Assembly (NCBI RefSeq): GCF_006345805.1
Contig: NC_043022.1
Span: 22,072,001 to 22,136,000, forward strand
DNA: 64,000 nt
Direction: 5' to 3'
Source: Octopus sinensis
Lineage: Eukaryota
Shown here: piece by piece, positions 12,558 through 24,149 of the stretch
Position numbering within the stretch: the first letter of the stretch is position 1
How the letters are laid out: each line of letters starts with the position of its first letter
Made by a program: the position numbers and the translations under genes
Notes under the pieces: model-generated
Databases searched by the model: none
Told to the model about the DNA's origin: nothing
What the model saw: only the letters and a program-made list of their open reading frames with translations

Positions 12558-12682
12558 CTGAACAATTCACAAAAACACAAAAAGTTAAGAACAAGAAAAT
12601 TCAATGTACCTAAAACAAACAATCAAAACAAAATGTACTTGGAATTTTACTAAGTAGAACACTCAGTACATGATATAGATAT

Positions 12683-12684
<2 letters not shown>

Positions 12685-12775
<91 letters not shown>

Positions 12776-12800
12776 GAGAGAGGGAGAGAGAGAAAGAGAG
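12685..12800. repeat. (TA)n(GA)n microsatellite
   Basis: Direct reading. Confidence 0.95.
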
Positions 12801-12802
12801 AG

Positions 12803-13172
12803 CACCATCCGAGCGTGATCGTTGCCAGAGCAGCCAACTAGCTTCCGTGCCAGTGGCACGTAAAAGGGCACCATTCAAGTGTGATCGTTACCAACGTCGC
12901 CTTACTGGCACCTGTGCTGGTGGCATGTGTGAAAGGATTTGAGCGACATCATTGCCAGTACCTCCTGACTGGCCCCTGTGCCGGTGGCATGAAAAAAGCA
13001 CCCACTACACTCTTGGAGTGGTTGGCATTAGGAAGGGCATCCAGCTGTAGAAACTCTGCCAAATCAAGATTGGAGCCTGGTGCAGCCATCTGGTTCACCA
13101 GCCCTCAGTCAAAATCGTCCAACCCATGCTAGTATGGAAAGCGGACGTTAAATGATGATGATGATGATGATG
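12803..13172 (+). mobile_element. RTE-type LINE 3' UTR, (GAT)n tail
   Basis: Family match. Confidence 0.8.
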
Positions 13173-13299
13173 ATATAAACAAAAATGAGCTAAGAGAAAT
13201 AACTTAGAGTGGCCAGAAATAATTATAAAATAATTAAGAAAATAAAGAAAATAATGAAATAAAGTCAAATAGAGTGAGGTGAAGTCAATGGAATCCCCT

Positions 13300-13480
13300 T
13301 CTCTTGAAAACGGTCAACCATATGGTTCAGAAAAATGCTTTCACAAGAGATGATACAGGTGGTAGTTTCCCATATATTTGTACTTTGGTTGGATGACGCT
13401 TTCACGAGAGATTTTGAGCTCTCATAAGGAGGCGAGTGTAAGTTCCATCCAACCGCCTCTCAAGCAGTTGAGAGGCAGTT
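13300..13480 (-). mobile_element. LINE (RTE/RTEX-like) ORF2 C-terminal fragment
   Basis: Reverse complement of the start of the 17644-17980 fragment (GAGAGCTCAAAATCTCTCGTG...GGGAAACTACCAC). Confidence 0.7.
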
Positions 13481-14413
13481 GCATATTTAGGAACATTAAG
13501 TTTGGCTTATATAGGCTCACCATGCTAATCTGTTGTGATTGGTTGAAATACCCATCATAAGAGTTACTGGACTTTTATTGAGCCCTGTGATGTGATTAGT
13601 TGAATGTTGCACAGGAATTGGATCAAAGGTCCAATCTCGTTGCACATATATTTCAAACGACTAATCCTGTATCTGTCCTGGACCCTCTTTTTCTCTATAA
13701 ATTAGTGCAACAAATTGTTTACGAGTTAGAGGGGGTGAGAGCTCTCATTGATGCAAGTTTGCAGATCCTGCTGTTCAGAGTAGAATTGATATATAACAGA
13801 GCAACAAGTGATAATTCAAAACAGTCTGGTTCAGAGATGCTGTGAACTGAGTTTTCTCTATAACAAAATACAGTGAATGGCTGTCAAGCATATTTGAACT
13901 GGTAACAAGTTTATATTTATATACATCGCTGCTTAGTGCTGTCAATGTATACACTCTGTCAAAAGGATTCTTACTACAGTATTTGTCCTCTCTGCAGTAA
14001 CTGGCCGCCTACTAACAGTGTGTATACATTAAACAAGATACATAGATGTCTGTTTTAATTAAATACTGCCTCAATCAGGATATACAGGATACTTAAACAT
14101 GATTTAGTGATGTGAGGAAAGAGTCTCAAAGGTACAAGTCAGATATACCGTAAATCCTCAAGTATAATCCGCATTTTTTCCCCAAAATTTAAAGGTCAAA
14201 ATCCCTAGTGTGTAATATATACAAGGTTAAAAATGAAAAATATGAAAAATATTTTCTAAGCAACGTCTGAGTCTCATCTAACTGTCTTTCTCAAAGAATG
14301 AACACAATGATAATGAAGCCTCAAATATATCAGGTTCAATCAAAAACATATTGGCTACAGTTGGATTTGGGCTGCCCAGCAGGGTAAAGAGGGAGGAAGA
14401 GGACAGCACTTAC

Positions 14414-14558
14414 GTTTGACGGGATGGTCTCCATGATGCGTAAACAGTCGTTCCATGAAAGAATCTTCGGTGGCACCAGGAAAGATGGCTTCATCATCAA
14501 GTAACCAGAGAAGACCCTTTTTGTCAGCATCCCGTAGATCTTGGTTTGATGCTCTCAA
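14414..14558 (-). CDS. MYO18A: Myosin-18 exon 12 (LRASNQDLRDADKKGLLWLLDDEAIFPGATEDSFMERLF...PVK)
   Basis: ttgatag acceptor, C|GTAAGT donor, 145 nt, phase 0-1. Confidence 0.94.
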
Positions 14559-14711
14559 CTATCAAAAAACAGACACATAAACATAGGATTACCTTCATAA
14601 TACTTTATTTCCATCCTGCTACAATCTTTTTTAACAATACAGGCATTTAATATAATAATAATATTTTTTTTATTTTCATTTTTATTATTATTGTTATACA
14701 TACATACATAC

Positions 14712-14766
<55 letters not shown>

Positions 14767-15492
14767 GTGGGTGTAAACACATGGACAAAATAAGAATAAA
14801 CAAAAATAAATTACATGAACCTATATAAACAGGAGATACAAATATTACAGGCATCCCCCCCCCCACACTAACTAAACATAGACACACATAGAGATATACG
14901 AATGTGCAAATGAAGACACATACAATAGGAATACAAAATACAAAATGGCTGACCGTTCGTAAGGAGAGACACACAAATAAGAAAGAAGAAAGCAAAGGAC
15001 CACTGATGAGGTCACAGGAGCGTGATGAAAGAACTCTGGCCGAAATAAGATTAAGATTAATGTAAAAAAATAAATAATGCTGAAGCAAGGTAACACCAAA
15101 TATATAGTGCGTGTGTTTTTATTGGTTAAACTGGCAAAATGACCATTCCTAAATACAACAATAAATAAATTTTAATTTTATAATTAATCTTTGAACTGTT
15201 GCCATGGTTGGATAACAGCATATTAAAGAGTATAGCAGTTGAGTATATTGACCACAATACTTGACTAAAAGTAAATTTTATCTGTCTTGGAAGGATGAAA
15301 AGTTGACCAGTAGTGAGATTTTAACTCAGAACATAAAGGGAGGTAAATCAAATACGATGATGTATATTTAACTGATGCTTTACCATATTTGCTCTGTGTG
15401 TGTTTTGTGTGTGTGTGTGAAATAGCACAAATGGGGGAGTAAGAAACATACAGATGGACAACATGAGAGATTACAACAGGCATAAAAGTCTG

Positions 15493-15927
15493 GGATCTTT
15501 TCGGTTTGAACGGCAGTTTTTTCTAGCGGTGTCATATGAAATTGTCACCCATAATTATGACCCTAGTATCAATCTATTGCATTTCAATCTGTTTTAGGGT
15601 TAGGGTTAGAGTTAGGGTTAGGGGTGGGGGGGGAAGGGTATCTTTTTTTTCTTCAGAAATGTAAATTAACCCATTCTGTTTCTTAAACGAGGGACATATT
15701 CATAAGGCACAGAATGTTTCTACCTCAAGAGACGTCATTGATTGGTTGAAATTGCAGAACTTGAAGAAAAAAAACAACAACAAATATCTTACAAACCATA
15801 GAATTTTCTCAATAAAGCCAAGAGAAAAAGATGTTTTATAAACACATTCTACCAGTATATGAAGTTTAAAAGTGTTTAATTACGTGGAAATTATTTTTAA
15901 AATCTGCTGTTCAAACCGAAAAGATCC
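15493..15927 (+). mobile_element. Merlin-like MITE with internal TTAGGG-like repeats
   Basis: TIR GGATCTTTTCGGTTTGAAC.GCAG; degenerate TSD AAAGTCTG/AAAATTTG. Confidence 0.8.
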
Positions 15928-16242
15928 AAAATTTGAAAAATGAAGGACAAAATGTAAATACACAAAAAAATAATACAAGTTGTGAACGGTGAATAGTATG
16001 CCGAAAAAAAGGAAGGAAGGAAGGATAAAAAGTAGGTTGACATTTTGAGTGAACCAGTTATCAAAGTATACTAAAAAGCAATAAAAAAGCAGTAAGAAAA
16101 GAAGTGATTCAGAATTTGTGAACAAGACTAAGACATACTCCAAATCCTCATCAATCTTTTCAAGGACCACTTGAAGATCTTATCCAAGTGAAGTACATTG
16201 CTTGTATGTATTTCGCTTAAATAAGACCCAGAGCCCTAAACA

Positions 16243-16610
16243 GTAGGCGCAGGAGTGGCTGTGTGGTAAGTAGCTTGCTAACCAACCACATGGTTCTGGG
16301 TTCAGTTCCACTGCGTGGCATCTTGGGCAAATGTCTTCTGCTATAGCCCTGGGCCGACCAATGCCTTGTGAGTGGATTTGGTAGATGCGTGTGTGTTTGT
16401 GTGTCTGTGTTTGTCCCCCTAGCATTGCTTGACAACCGATGCTGGTGTGTTTACGTCCCCCGTCACTTAGCAGTTTGGCAAAAGAGTCCGATAGAATAAG
16501 TACTGGGCTTACAAAGAATAAGTCCCGGGGTCGATTTGCTCGACTAAAAGCGGTGCTCCAGCATGGCTGCAGTCAAATGACTGAAACAAGTGAAAGAGTA
16601 GTATAAGTAT
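16243..16610 (+). mobile_element. SINE family A
   Basis: Near full-length family match. Confidence 0.85.
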
Positions 16611-16809
16611 TCTCTCTCTCTCTCAAGAACACTTGTCTGAAACACTGGATCTGTCAAACCCAAGGCAAACAAACTTGCTGTATTTGTTTTTATCTATGAT
16701 AAACTTTTGTGTGTTTCAATTAATTTTTTAAATAATTGAGAATTTAATAAAATAACATGTTCGTTATTGAGCTCTTATTTGTAATGATATTTGAAAATTT
16801 TAATTTAAA

Positions 16810-17204
16810 CTAGCAGTATCGCCCAGCGTTGCTTGGGTTTGTAAGGGAAATAACTACATAAGCACTTTTAGAGATGTAAAGTATAATAGCCATCTCAATA
16901 TGGCTAACCACAAAGGGGGGGGGTGTTACTGTAGCTTTTTACGTTCTGAGATTTAATAATAAATTTTTAGAGAGTTACTTCCCTTATATATTCCAAAAAT
17001 GCATTAAAAATGGGAAAAATTGATGGTAAATTTTTTTTTAAATCGTAGACTCATCGTAGACGCGCGCTAATACCCAGAAGGGCTCGATATGAATCACGAC
17101 TATAAGATACTGCACCGTTAAACTGCACCGTAAAATGTGGGAGTAGTTAGAAATCTAAATCGTAGGAGACAGACAGCACACAACCTCTCTTTTATATATA
17201 AAGA
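16810..17204 (-). mobile_element. Non-autonomous Helitron (family H2)
   Basis: 5' TC-TTTATATATA; 3' CCCAAGCAACGCTGGG hairpin followed by CTAG. Confidence 0.7.
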
Positions 17205-17466
17205 TATATGGACAGCAGGCTTGTATCAGTTTCAGATGAGTTGTAAGCAAAGTTACATAACCCAGCCCCATGCTTCTTTATCTTTGAAACTACTGAATAT
17301 TAGCAATAATTTTTTTTTTAAACCTAGACTGAAGTGACTGATCTAATATTTATCCCTAATTTGTAAATTATTTGTAGTTGTGAGCTACATCCGTCACAGC
17401 TCTCATCCACTAGGTCTCTCTCTGAAATATCCACTGACCATCTCACATTTAAAAAAATACTCAATA

Positions 17467-18225
17467 GGTGTAAGAGTGGCTGTGTGGTAAGTAGCTTGCT
17501 TACAAACCATATGATTTTGAGTTCTGTTCCACTGCATGGCACCTTGGGCAAGTGTCTCCTACTATAGCCTCAGGTCAATCAAAGCCTTGTAAGTGGATTT
17601 GGTAGACAGAAACTGAAAGAAGCCCGTTGTATATATGTATATGCTCTCCTTATGAGAGCTCAAAATCTCTCGTGGAAGCGTCATCCAACCAAAATGCAAA
17701 TATATGGGAAACTACCACTTGTGTCATTTCTTGTGAAAGGTAGGAGAGTCCAGTTTGCTGGACATTGTTGTAGAGCTGAAAACGAGGCAATTTCTACTCT
17801 TCTCCTCTGGAAGCCATCTACTCTCGATACCAGAGGGTGCACACTCTCCTACCTTAATGTAATCTCCAGGGATACAGGCATCCAGCAACAGGACTTCCAT
17901 AATGCTATGATGGACTGTGAAGTCTGGCGTAGCATAGTAAATTCCATTGTCTCGACCATGGTCAAACAATGATGAGGATGATATGTATATGTATGTGTGT
18001 GTATATGTTTGTGTGTCTGTGTTTGTCCCCCTCCAACATCGCTTGACAACCAATGCTGGTGTGTTTACGTCCCTGTAACTTAGCGGTTCGGCAAAAGTTA
18101 CCGATAGAATAAGTACTAGGCTTACAAAGAATAAGTCCTGGGGTCGATTTGCTCGACTAAAGGAGGTACTCCAGCATGGCCACAGCCAAATGACTGAAAC
18201 AAGTAAAAGAGTAAAGAATAAACAT
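17467..18225 (+). mobile_element. SINE family A interrupted by a LINE fragment
   Basis: Head at 17467-17643, remainder at 17981-18225. Confidence 0.8.
17644..17980 (+). mobile_element. 5'-truncated LINE (RTE/RTEX-like) ORF2 C-terminus, (GAT)n tail
   Basis: ORF ...SWKRHPTKMQIYG...RRVQFAGHCCR...; TSD ATATGTATATG at 17633-17643 and 17981-17991. Confidence 0.8.
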
Positions 18226-18678
18226 AGGTGCAGCCATGGTTGAGTGATTGAGAAGTTTGTTTTGCAACCATTGCAAAGAACTTTGGGCAAGTGTCCTCTA
18301 TTAAAGACCTGAGCTGCCTGATGCCTTGTGAATGCATTTAATAAACAGAAACTGTTTGGAAGCCGTGTGTGTGTGTGTGTTTGTCACAACCACTTCATTA
18401 CTTGACAACTAGTGTTAGCTTGTTTACATCCCTGTAACTTAGCAGTTCTATAAAAGAAACTGTTAGAATAAGTACTAGACTTTAAAAATAAAACTTGGGT
18501 TTATTTATTTGATTAATACCCTTCAAGACGGTGCTACAGCAAGGCCATAAACCAATGAATGAAATAAGAATTAAGGGAAAGAAATGTATCACAGTAAATA
18601 AAATTGTATAAGGAAAGTGGAAAGTAAGGAAGAAAAGAAACGTAGTTTTCAGGGCATAAGCATTGTTCTTTTACTTAC

Positions 18679-18765
18679 CAGAGTTTGTTGCGGAGGTTTG
18701 TCTATTAAGAACACCAAAGCAGCAGGACTGGTGTTCACAAATTCGAAATCACATTCTATATTTTC
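18679..18765 (-). CDS. MYO18A: Myosin-18 exon 11 (ENIECDFEFVNTSPAALVFLIDKPPQQTL)
   Basis: Manual translation. ttttag acceptor, CTG|GTAAGT donor, 87 nt, phase 0-0. Confidence 0.92.
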
Positions 18766-18819
18766 CTAAAAATAAAAGATATATATTTATATGAGTGTAT
18801 GTGTGTATATGTATGTATG

Positions 18820-18859
<40 letters not shown>

Positions 18860-18916
18860 CTGTGCATTATTGAACATTTTCACTTTATATATGTGTGTAT
18901 ATATTACACACACACA

Positions 18917-19640
18917 CAGGGTGTTTAGGTGAATTTTCTAAGTCTGCATACCAAAAATAAGAGTATTTTTTTAAAAAATCAAAAAATATCAACTTGATTA
19001 TAGCTAGGAGATAACAGTTTACTCAAAGCAGCCACCATCTGCTTCTACCATGAACTCAAGACTGGCAAGATCTCTGAACATCTCCTTGATCTTGGCCACT
19101 AGCTTGACCTTGGTATTGCAGGCAAAGTGGTTGGCATATTTCTCAAGCAGACCCCACCCCACACATGGTAATCCAAGGGATTACAAATGCCAGAACTAGG
19201 GGCTGGTGAAGTTATAGAAATTCTGTGACAACCACTTCTAACTCTTTCCAGAAGTATGGTAAGGAACTGAATCATGCTGCCACACATATGGCTCTCCAGT
19301 AGCAACCCTCTCCAGCCAAGGTTTGACCAAAGTCTCCAGCAGCTTCGCATAGCCATCTGAACTGAGCCTGAGGCCCTGTTCAAAAATGTGGGGATAAATT
19401 CTGGCATGTAGATGTAGTCAGAAGGCCTGTTGCATTCCACATCAGATGACTTGTAATTACTTAATTAGTTAACTTAATTCGTTGCTTGGTTTTACACCAC
19501 TAACTGGCCTTCATATTTCAAAAAAACTACCTGTAATTCAAAGGTCCATCCTCATCGCACTCAGAATTAAAGTTCAAGTGTCTGAAGAATACTCAACCAT
19601 TTACACTATAATAATACAATGAGCAGGTAGTTCTGTTGTT
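18917..19640 (-). mobile_element. Degenerate Tc1/mariner (maT-like) relic
   Basis: CNPLDYHVWGG motif in ORF 19099-19440; related fragments at about 52000-52250 and 52560-52950. Confidence 0.6.
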
Positions 19641-20628
19641 GAAATTTGTGAAATACTCATTGTGGAAACTTAGAAACTGTTGATCAGCCCTTACAAAAAA
19701 CATGTGGCACGTAAAAAGCACCCACTACACTCTCGAAGTGGTTGGCATTAGGAAGGGCATACAGCTGTAGAAACTCTGACAAATCAAGATTGGAGACTGG
19801 TGCAACCATCTGGTTCGCCAGCCCTCAGTCAAAATCGTCCAACCCATGCTAGCATGGAAAGCGGACGCTAAACGATGATGATGATGATGAATCACTGACC
19901 TTCATAATTTGTTGTCAAAACATCAGCATGCTTTTGACATCTTACAAATAACCTTAGAAGATATCATTTATAAAGTTTCAACACCTAAATTAGAATGCAT
20001 ATGACTCAAGAGAATCTAGAGCCGTGTTCCATGATACGAGGGGATGAGGGCATATAGATAAAAAAGGAGAAGACAAATTGTCAGATTAAATTAAATGAAG
20101 GTTTTCAACTTTTTCTGCTGTTAATTATGATGGCAAAAAAAAAAAGAGGCACAAACACTATTTTCTCCCTATAATAAATATTGGGGTGAAGGGCAACAAT
20201 TCTATTAATATATTTTTAAAGGGGGCTCCTGATGTTTGTTAATGTCAAAAGCTGTGATCTCAAGTGCCCGTAGACATAAAAAAAAAAAGCTCAGTTGTGT
20301 TGTGGTGGAAAACGAGGGTCAGATGGGATGAGATGCGAGGGTACAGACAAGTCAGGTGTTGTGTGGTGTGATGTACAATTAGGTGAACTGTTGTGGTATG
20401 ATGTATAATTAGGTCAACTGACATGGAACAAGGTGTAATTGGGTCAGTTGCAATTAGGTCAAGTCATTTCATGTAGTCTTAATTTACAATTGGGTCCCAC
20501 CATGTTTTGGTGTGTGTGATATGTAATTAGGTCAGTTACTGTTGTGCTTAGTGTAAAGTGTAATTAATTAGTCAAGTTAGTGTGTGGTACAATGAACAAT
20601 TACTGAAGCTTTGCTGTCTTCAACTTGC

Positions 20629-20821
20629 CTGAGAATATCGATCCTGTTGCAGAGTGAATGTTGCATCATGGAAGAATAACTGTAAGCGTTCTTGAATATA
20701 GTTGCAACAAAGGTCTTCAAATGTAGCACCTGAGTTACGACCACAAGTTGATGGATTCTGGAATCCAGGTGTGTCAAGAATTGTGATGGATCCAAGGTTG
20801 CGATAATTTGACATTAATGAT
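20629..20821 (-). CDS. MYO18A: Myosin-18 exon 10 (RSLMSNYRNLGSITILDTPGFQ...QDRYSQ), switch II; GC donor
   Basis: ttttag acceptor, CAG|GCAAGT donor, 193 nt, phase 2-0. An in-frame TGA follows two codons later. Confidence 0.93.
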
Positions 20822-20886
20822 CTAAAAATACAACAAAGGAAAATGAAATGTTTAATATTTAGATTTCAGAATATTACCAATTATCG

Positions 20887-20917
<31 letters not shown>

Positions 20918-21319
20918 TACTATATGTGTCATATGCCCCAAGTATAAAATATACTTATTATGATGAAATTACAGGAATGAAAACATCAGAAGTTACCAGG
21001 GGTGAAATTACCAGGGACAAAATCACTGGGGATGAAATTTCCAGTGGTGAATTTTCTAGTGGTGAAATTACCCACATTCATTACATGATCCCACAATGTA
21101 CTAGAAATAGGAACCATACCACCCTTAAATCTCACACTATAATAGTCCTTTAAAAAAGGACACACTGGAGAATGTGATCGTTGTTAAAACATGCCCTAAA
21201 AAGAAAAGATGTATGGTCATGTTTGCAATGCCTTTGATCTAACTGAATCAAAACTGACTTTATCAGTAAAAAGAAAAAAAAAGTGAAAATGGAGCATAAA
21301 GAAAATGTTTCCCACTAAC

Positions 21320-21445
21320 CTATTTATTAAACCAACCAGGACACTGAACAGTTCTGTGTATAAACCTGTGAGGAAAGCTTCAAGGGCATCGGTTGCAGAA
21401 GATCCAGACTCTCCTCCTGTGTGCCTATCAGCAGCATTAGAGATC
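21320..21445 (-). CDS. MYO18A: Myosin-18 exon 9 (RISNAADRHTGGESGSSATDALEAFLTGLYTELFSVLVGLIN)
   Basis: Manual translation. ttcgcag acceptor, AG|GTTAGT donor, 126 nt, phase 2-2. Confidence 0.92.
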
Positions 21446-21588
21446 CTGCGAAGAAAAACATAGAAACATCTTCAAGCAATTCATCAAACAACAGCAGAGA
21501 TTCTGTAGTGAAAAAACATTATCCAACATTTTCCCTTGAACATAAACAGCAGCAAGACAATATCATGAAGCATGTGTCTTGAATTTAA

Positions 21589-21800
21589 CCCTTTAGCATT
21601 TAAACCGGCCAAAAGTATTCATCTTTGTTTTATGTTCAAACTGACCAGATCTGGTCTCTCACACCAACCCTATAATATCGTTTTAAAAATTAACAGCTAC
21701 CTCATCAAAATCTCATAGCTACAAGATAATGCATGATTAGTTCAAAACAGTGTGGATAAAAAAGGATTAATTTTGGCAGAATAATGTGAACACTAAAGAA
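21589..21800 (+). mobile_element. piggyBac-like MITE family B
   Basis: TTAA-CCCTTTAGCATTTAAACCGGCC start; copies at 23312-23531 and about 160-250. Confidence 0.65.
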
Positions 21801-22067
21801 TTAAACAATAAGAACTCTCACAATGTGAAACAAATACAAGGACAGAGAAACAACAAAGCGAGCAATCTAATGAAGGGAGCCTCTACAGGCAGAAGTGTTC
21901 ATTCTAGATGGTGGCGGTAAAATTTTGAAACAAGATTGTTTATCTTCGAAATATTTATCAGAATGTGAAATGCTGATGAATATATGATAGATTAAGTTAC
22001 ACTGCAAATAAAAACTGAGGAGTAGTTATTATATATTAACTGCACACCAATTATTATATATACTCAA

Positions 22068-22474
22068 CTCTTTTATTTGTTTCAGTCATGTGACTGTGAC
22101 AATGCTGGAGCACTGCCTTTAGTCGAGCAAATCAAACCCCAGGACTTATTCTTTGTAAGCCTAGTACTTATCCTATCGGTCTCTTTTGCCGAACCGCTAA
22201 GTTACGGGAACGTAAACACACCAGCATCGGTTGTCAAGCGATGTTGGAGGGGGACAAACACAGACACACAAACATATACACACACATACATATAGATATA
22301 TACATATATATGATGGGCTTCTTTCAGTTTCAGTTTACCAAATCCACTCACAAGGCTTTGGTCAGCCCGAAGCTATAGTAGAAGACTCTTGCTCAAAGTG
22401 CCACGCAGGAGACTGAACCCGGAACCATGTGGTTGGTAAGCAAGCTACTTACCACACAGCCATTCCTGCACCTA
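22068..22474 (-). mobile_element. SINE family A
   Basis: Full-length family match. Confidence 0.85.
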
Positions 22475-23139
22475 TTTTTAAGATATATTTAAGATTCCCA
22501 GAAGATTAATGAATTACTGAAATGGATCACAACAGTAAAATGTTTAGGAAACAATGCTCTTTATGGACACCTAAAACTTACTAGAAATAGCAAGCAAATC
22601 TCCCACAAGTCACACCCCAACGTCTTTTAAAATGAATTAAACACAGAAGATAATGCTGTCTCGCATACTCTTAAAAACAGTGAATACCTTTGAATAACTG
22701 GAATACCTTTGATGCAATGTCTGCTTGAATGATCTCCGGCTTAATAAGAACACCAACGTTGAAGCAAGCAGAAGTTTACAGAAAGGCAAAATATGTTTTA
22801 ACTCCTTTAATCTTTTTGACACCACCCTGTTAGAGACTGCCCCTGGTTCTACAACAAACTTCCTGTAATAAAGTGATCTAAACTAAAAGCTTACATTAAA
22901 ATTTCTTGTTATTGTCATTTTTTCCATTGGTTAATATAACTGCTCATATAAGGATTCTAAAAAGTTCCTTAAAGAATATTTGTAAAGGATTTTGATTCCT
23001 TTTAGTCAAGTTGAGCAGTTATAAAAACCTTGGATTTTAGGAAAAACTTTAGTGTTTTTTGGATGTAACTGAACTCCATGACACTCACTCCTTTGAGACA
23101 TTGGTGATTTTCATGCCATGTCCAAAGAAAATCACAACA

Positions 23140-23531
23140 ATAACAAAGAATTTAGTAAAATAACATGATTATCATTGAGCTAGTGTTAGGAACATAAATT
23201 GTGACTAAGATTTGGTGGAAGATTTGAACTGAATTCAAAACTTATGAAAACAAGACATTTATACTAAAGAGCCAGAGCCAGTTTCAGCCGGGTAGGTAAC
23301 GAAAGGGTTAACCCTTTAGTGTTTAAACCGGCCATATCCGGCCAAAATATTCTATCTGTTTTATGTTCAAACTAGTCAGATATGGTCATTCGTAGCTATC
23401 TTATTGTGCCATTTTAAAAATAAACAATCACATCATTGAAATCTCAAAGCCATGAAATGATGCAAGATTAATTTTACATGGTGTGAATACATAAGCTTTA
23501 CATTTGACAGAATAATCTGAATGCTGAAGGG
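23140..23531. mobile_element. Abutting piggyBac-like MITEs A (23140-23307) and B (23312-23531) sharing one TTAA
   Basis: Junction GAAAGGG-TTAA-CCCTTTAG at 23301-23319. Confidence 0.7.
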
Positions 23532-23749
23532 TTAAACATCCAATGATATTTAATTTTACCCCACCCGTCATCTTTTGTATACTTTACTTCAAGAACTGAT
23601 CCAGAAGTTATGTTTGCATCAGTGGAAGGTGATTCGACCCCGTCTTACAAATCCTATCCAGCTGATTCAACTGACTTATCCCTTTCTCAGTCAAATTTTC
23701 GACAAACAGTGTTGGTGCAAGCAATCCTAACTCAGACACATAGTCATAC

Positions 23750-23897
23750 CTCATAGAAGCACTTCGGGTTAAGGTGCCACTTGATCCTGCTGATGGGCTG
23801 AAGATTGTACGTGCGAGTTCCTCCACTTTGATGCCCAGAAGGTTTGCAGCTTTCTGTGCAGCTGCAGGTTTTGCAAACTGTGCTTTATTGTTGGTTC
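23750..23897 (-). CDS. MYO18A: Myosin-18 exon 8 (GTNNKAQFAKPAAAQKAANLLG...LTRSASM)
   Basis: tttcag acceptor, AG|GTATGA donor, 148 nt, phase 1-2. Confidence 0.94.
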
Positions 23898-24149
23898 CTG
23901 AAATGACACACAAAATAAACAGAACTTCATAAAAATGAAATAAAACAAAAGTTACTTAACAAAAGGAGAGGAATTGCTTCTAAATTCATTGCTTCTTCAA
24001 TGGCCACCTCTCTATTTTGGGTGTATCAGGCTCACAATAGTAATCCTAGGTTATTACTGCATCCAGATTAGGCCACTTCCCCATATCCGAGTGTGTTATG
24101 TTCACTATGGAAACAAAGGCAATCCTAGAAAGATCATCATACAAACATC

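Noticed and set aside
13600-13845. 81-aa plus-strand ORF with ordinary composition
   Set aside because: Non-ATG start, no recognisable domain or splice context, adjacent to LINE debris.
15595-15630. TTAGGG repeats suggesting a telomere or fusion site
   Set aside because: Only a few units, always at the same position inside the MITE family.
17330-17430. Possible extra exons in MYO18 introns (17330-17430, 16130-16175, 29745-29800, 45230-45303, 48468-48560)
   Set aside because: In-frame stops, wrong phase or missing splice site, and no myosin similarity; the model is complete without them.
20619-20624. Alternative GT donor (GCAA|GTTGAA) for exon 10
   Set aside because: Phase 1, incompatible with the phase-0 next exon, and a poor consensus.
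20985-21075. 15-bp tandem GGTGAAATTACCAGG-like repeat
   Set aside because: Short degenerate array, probably a transposon subterminal remnant; nothing further can be supported.
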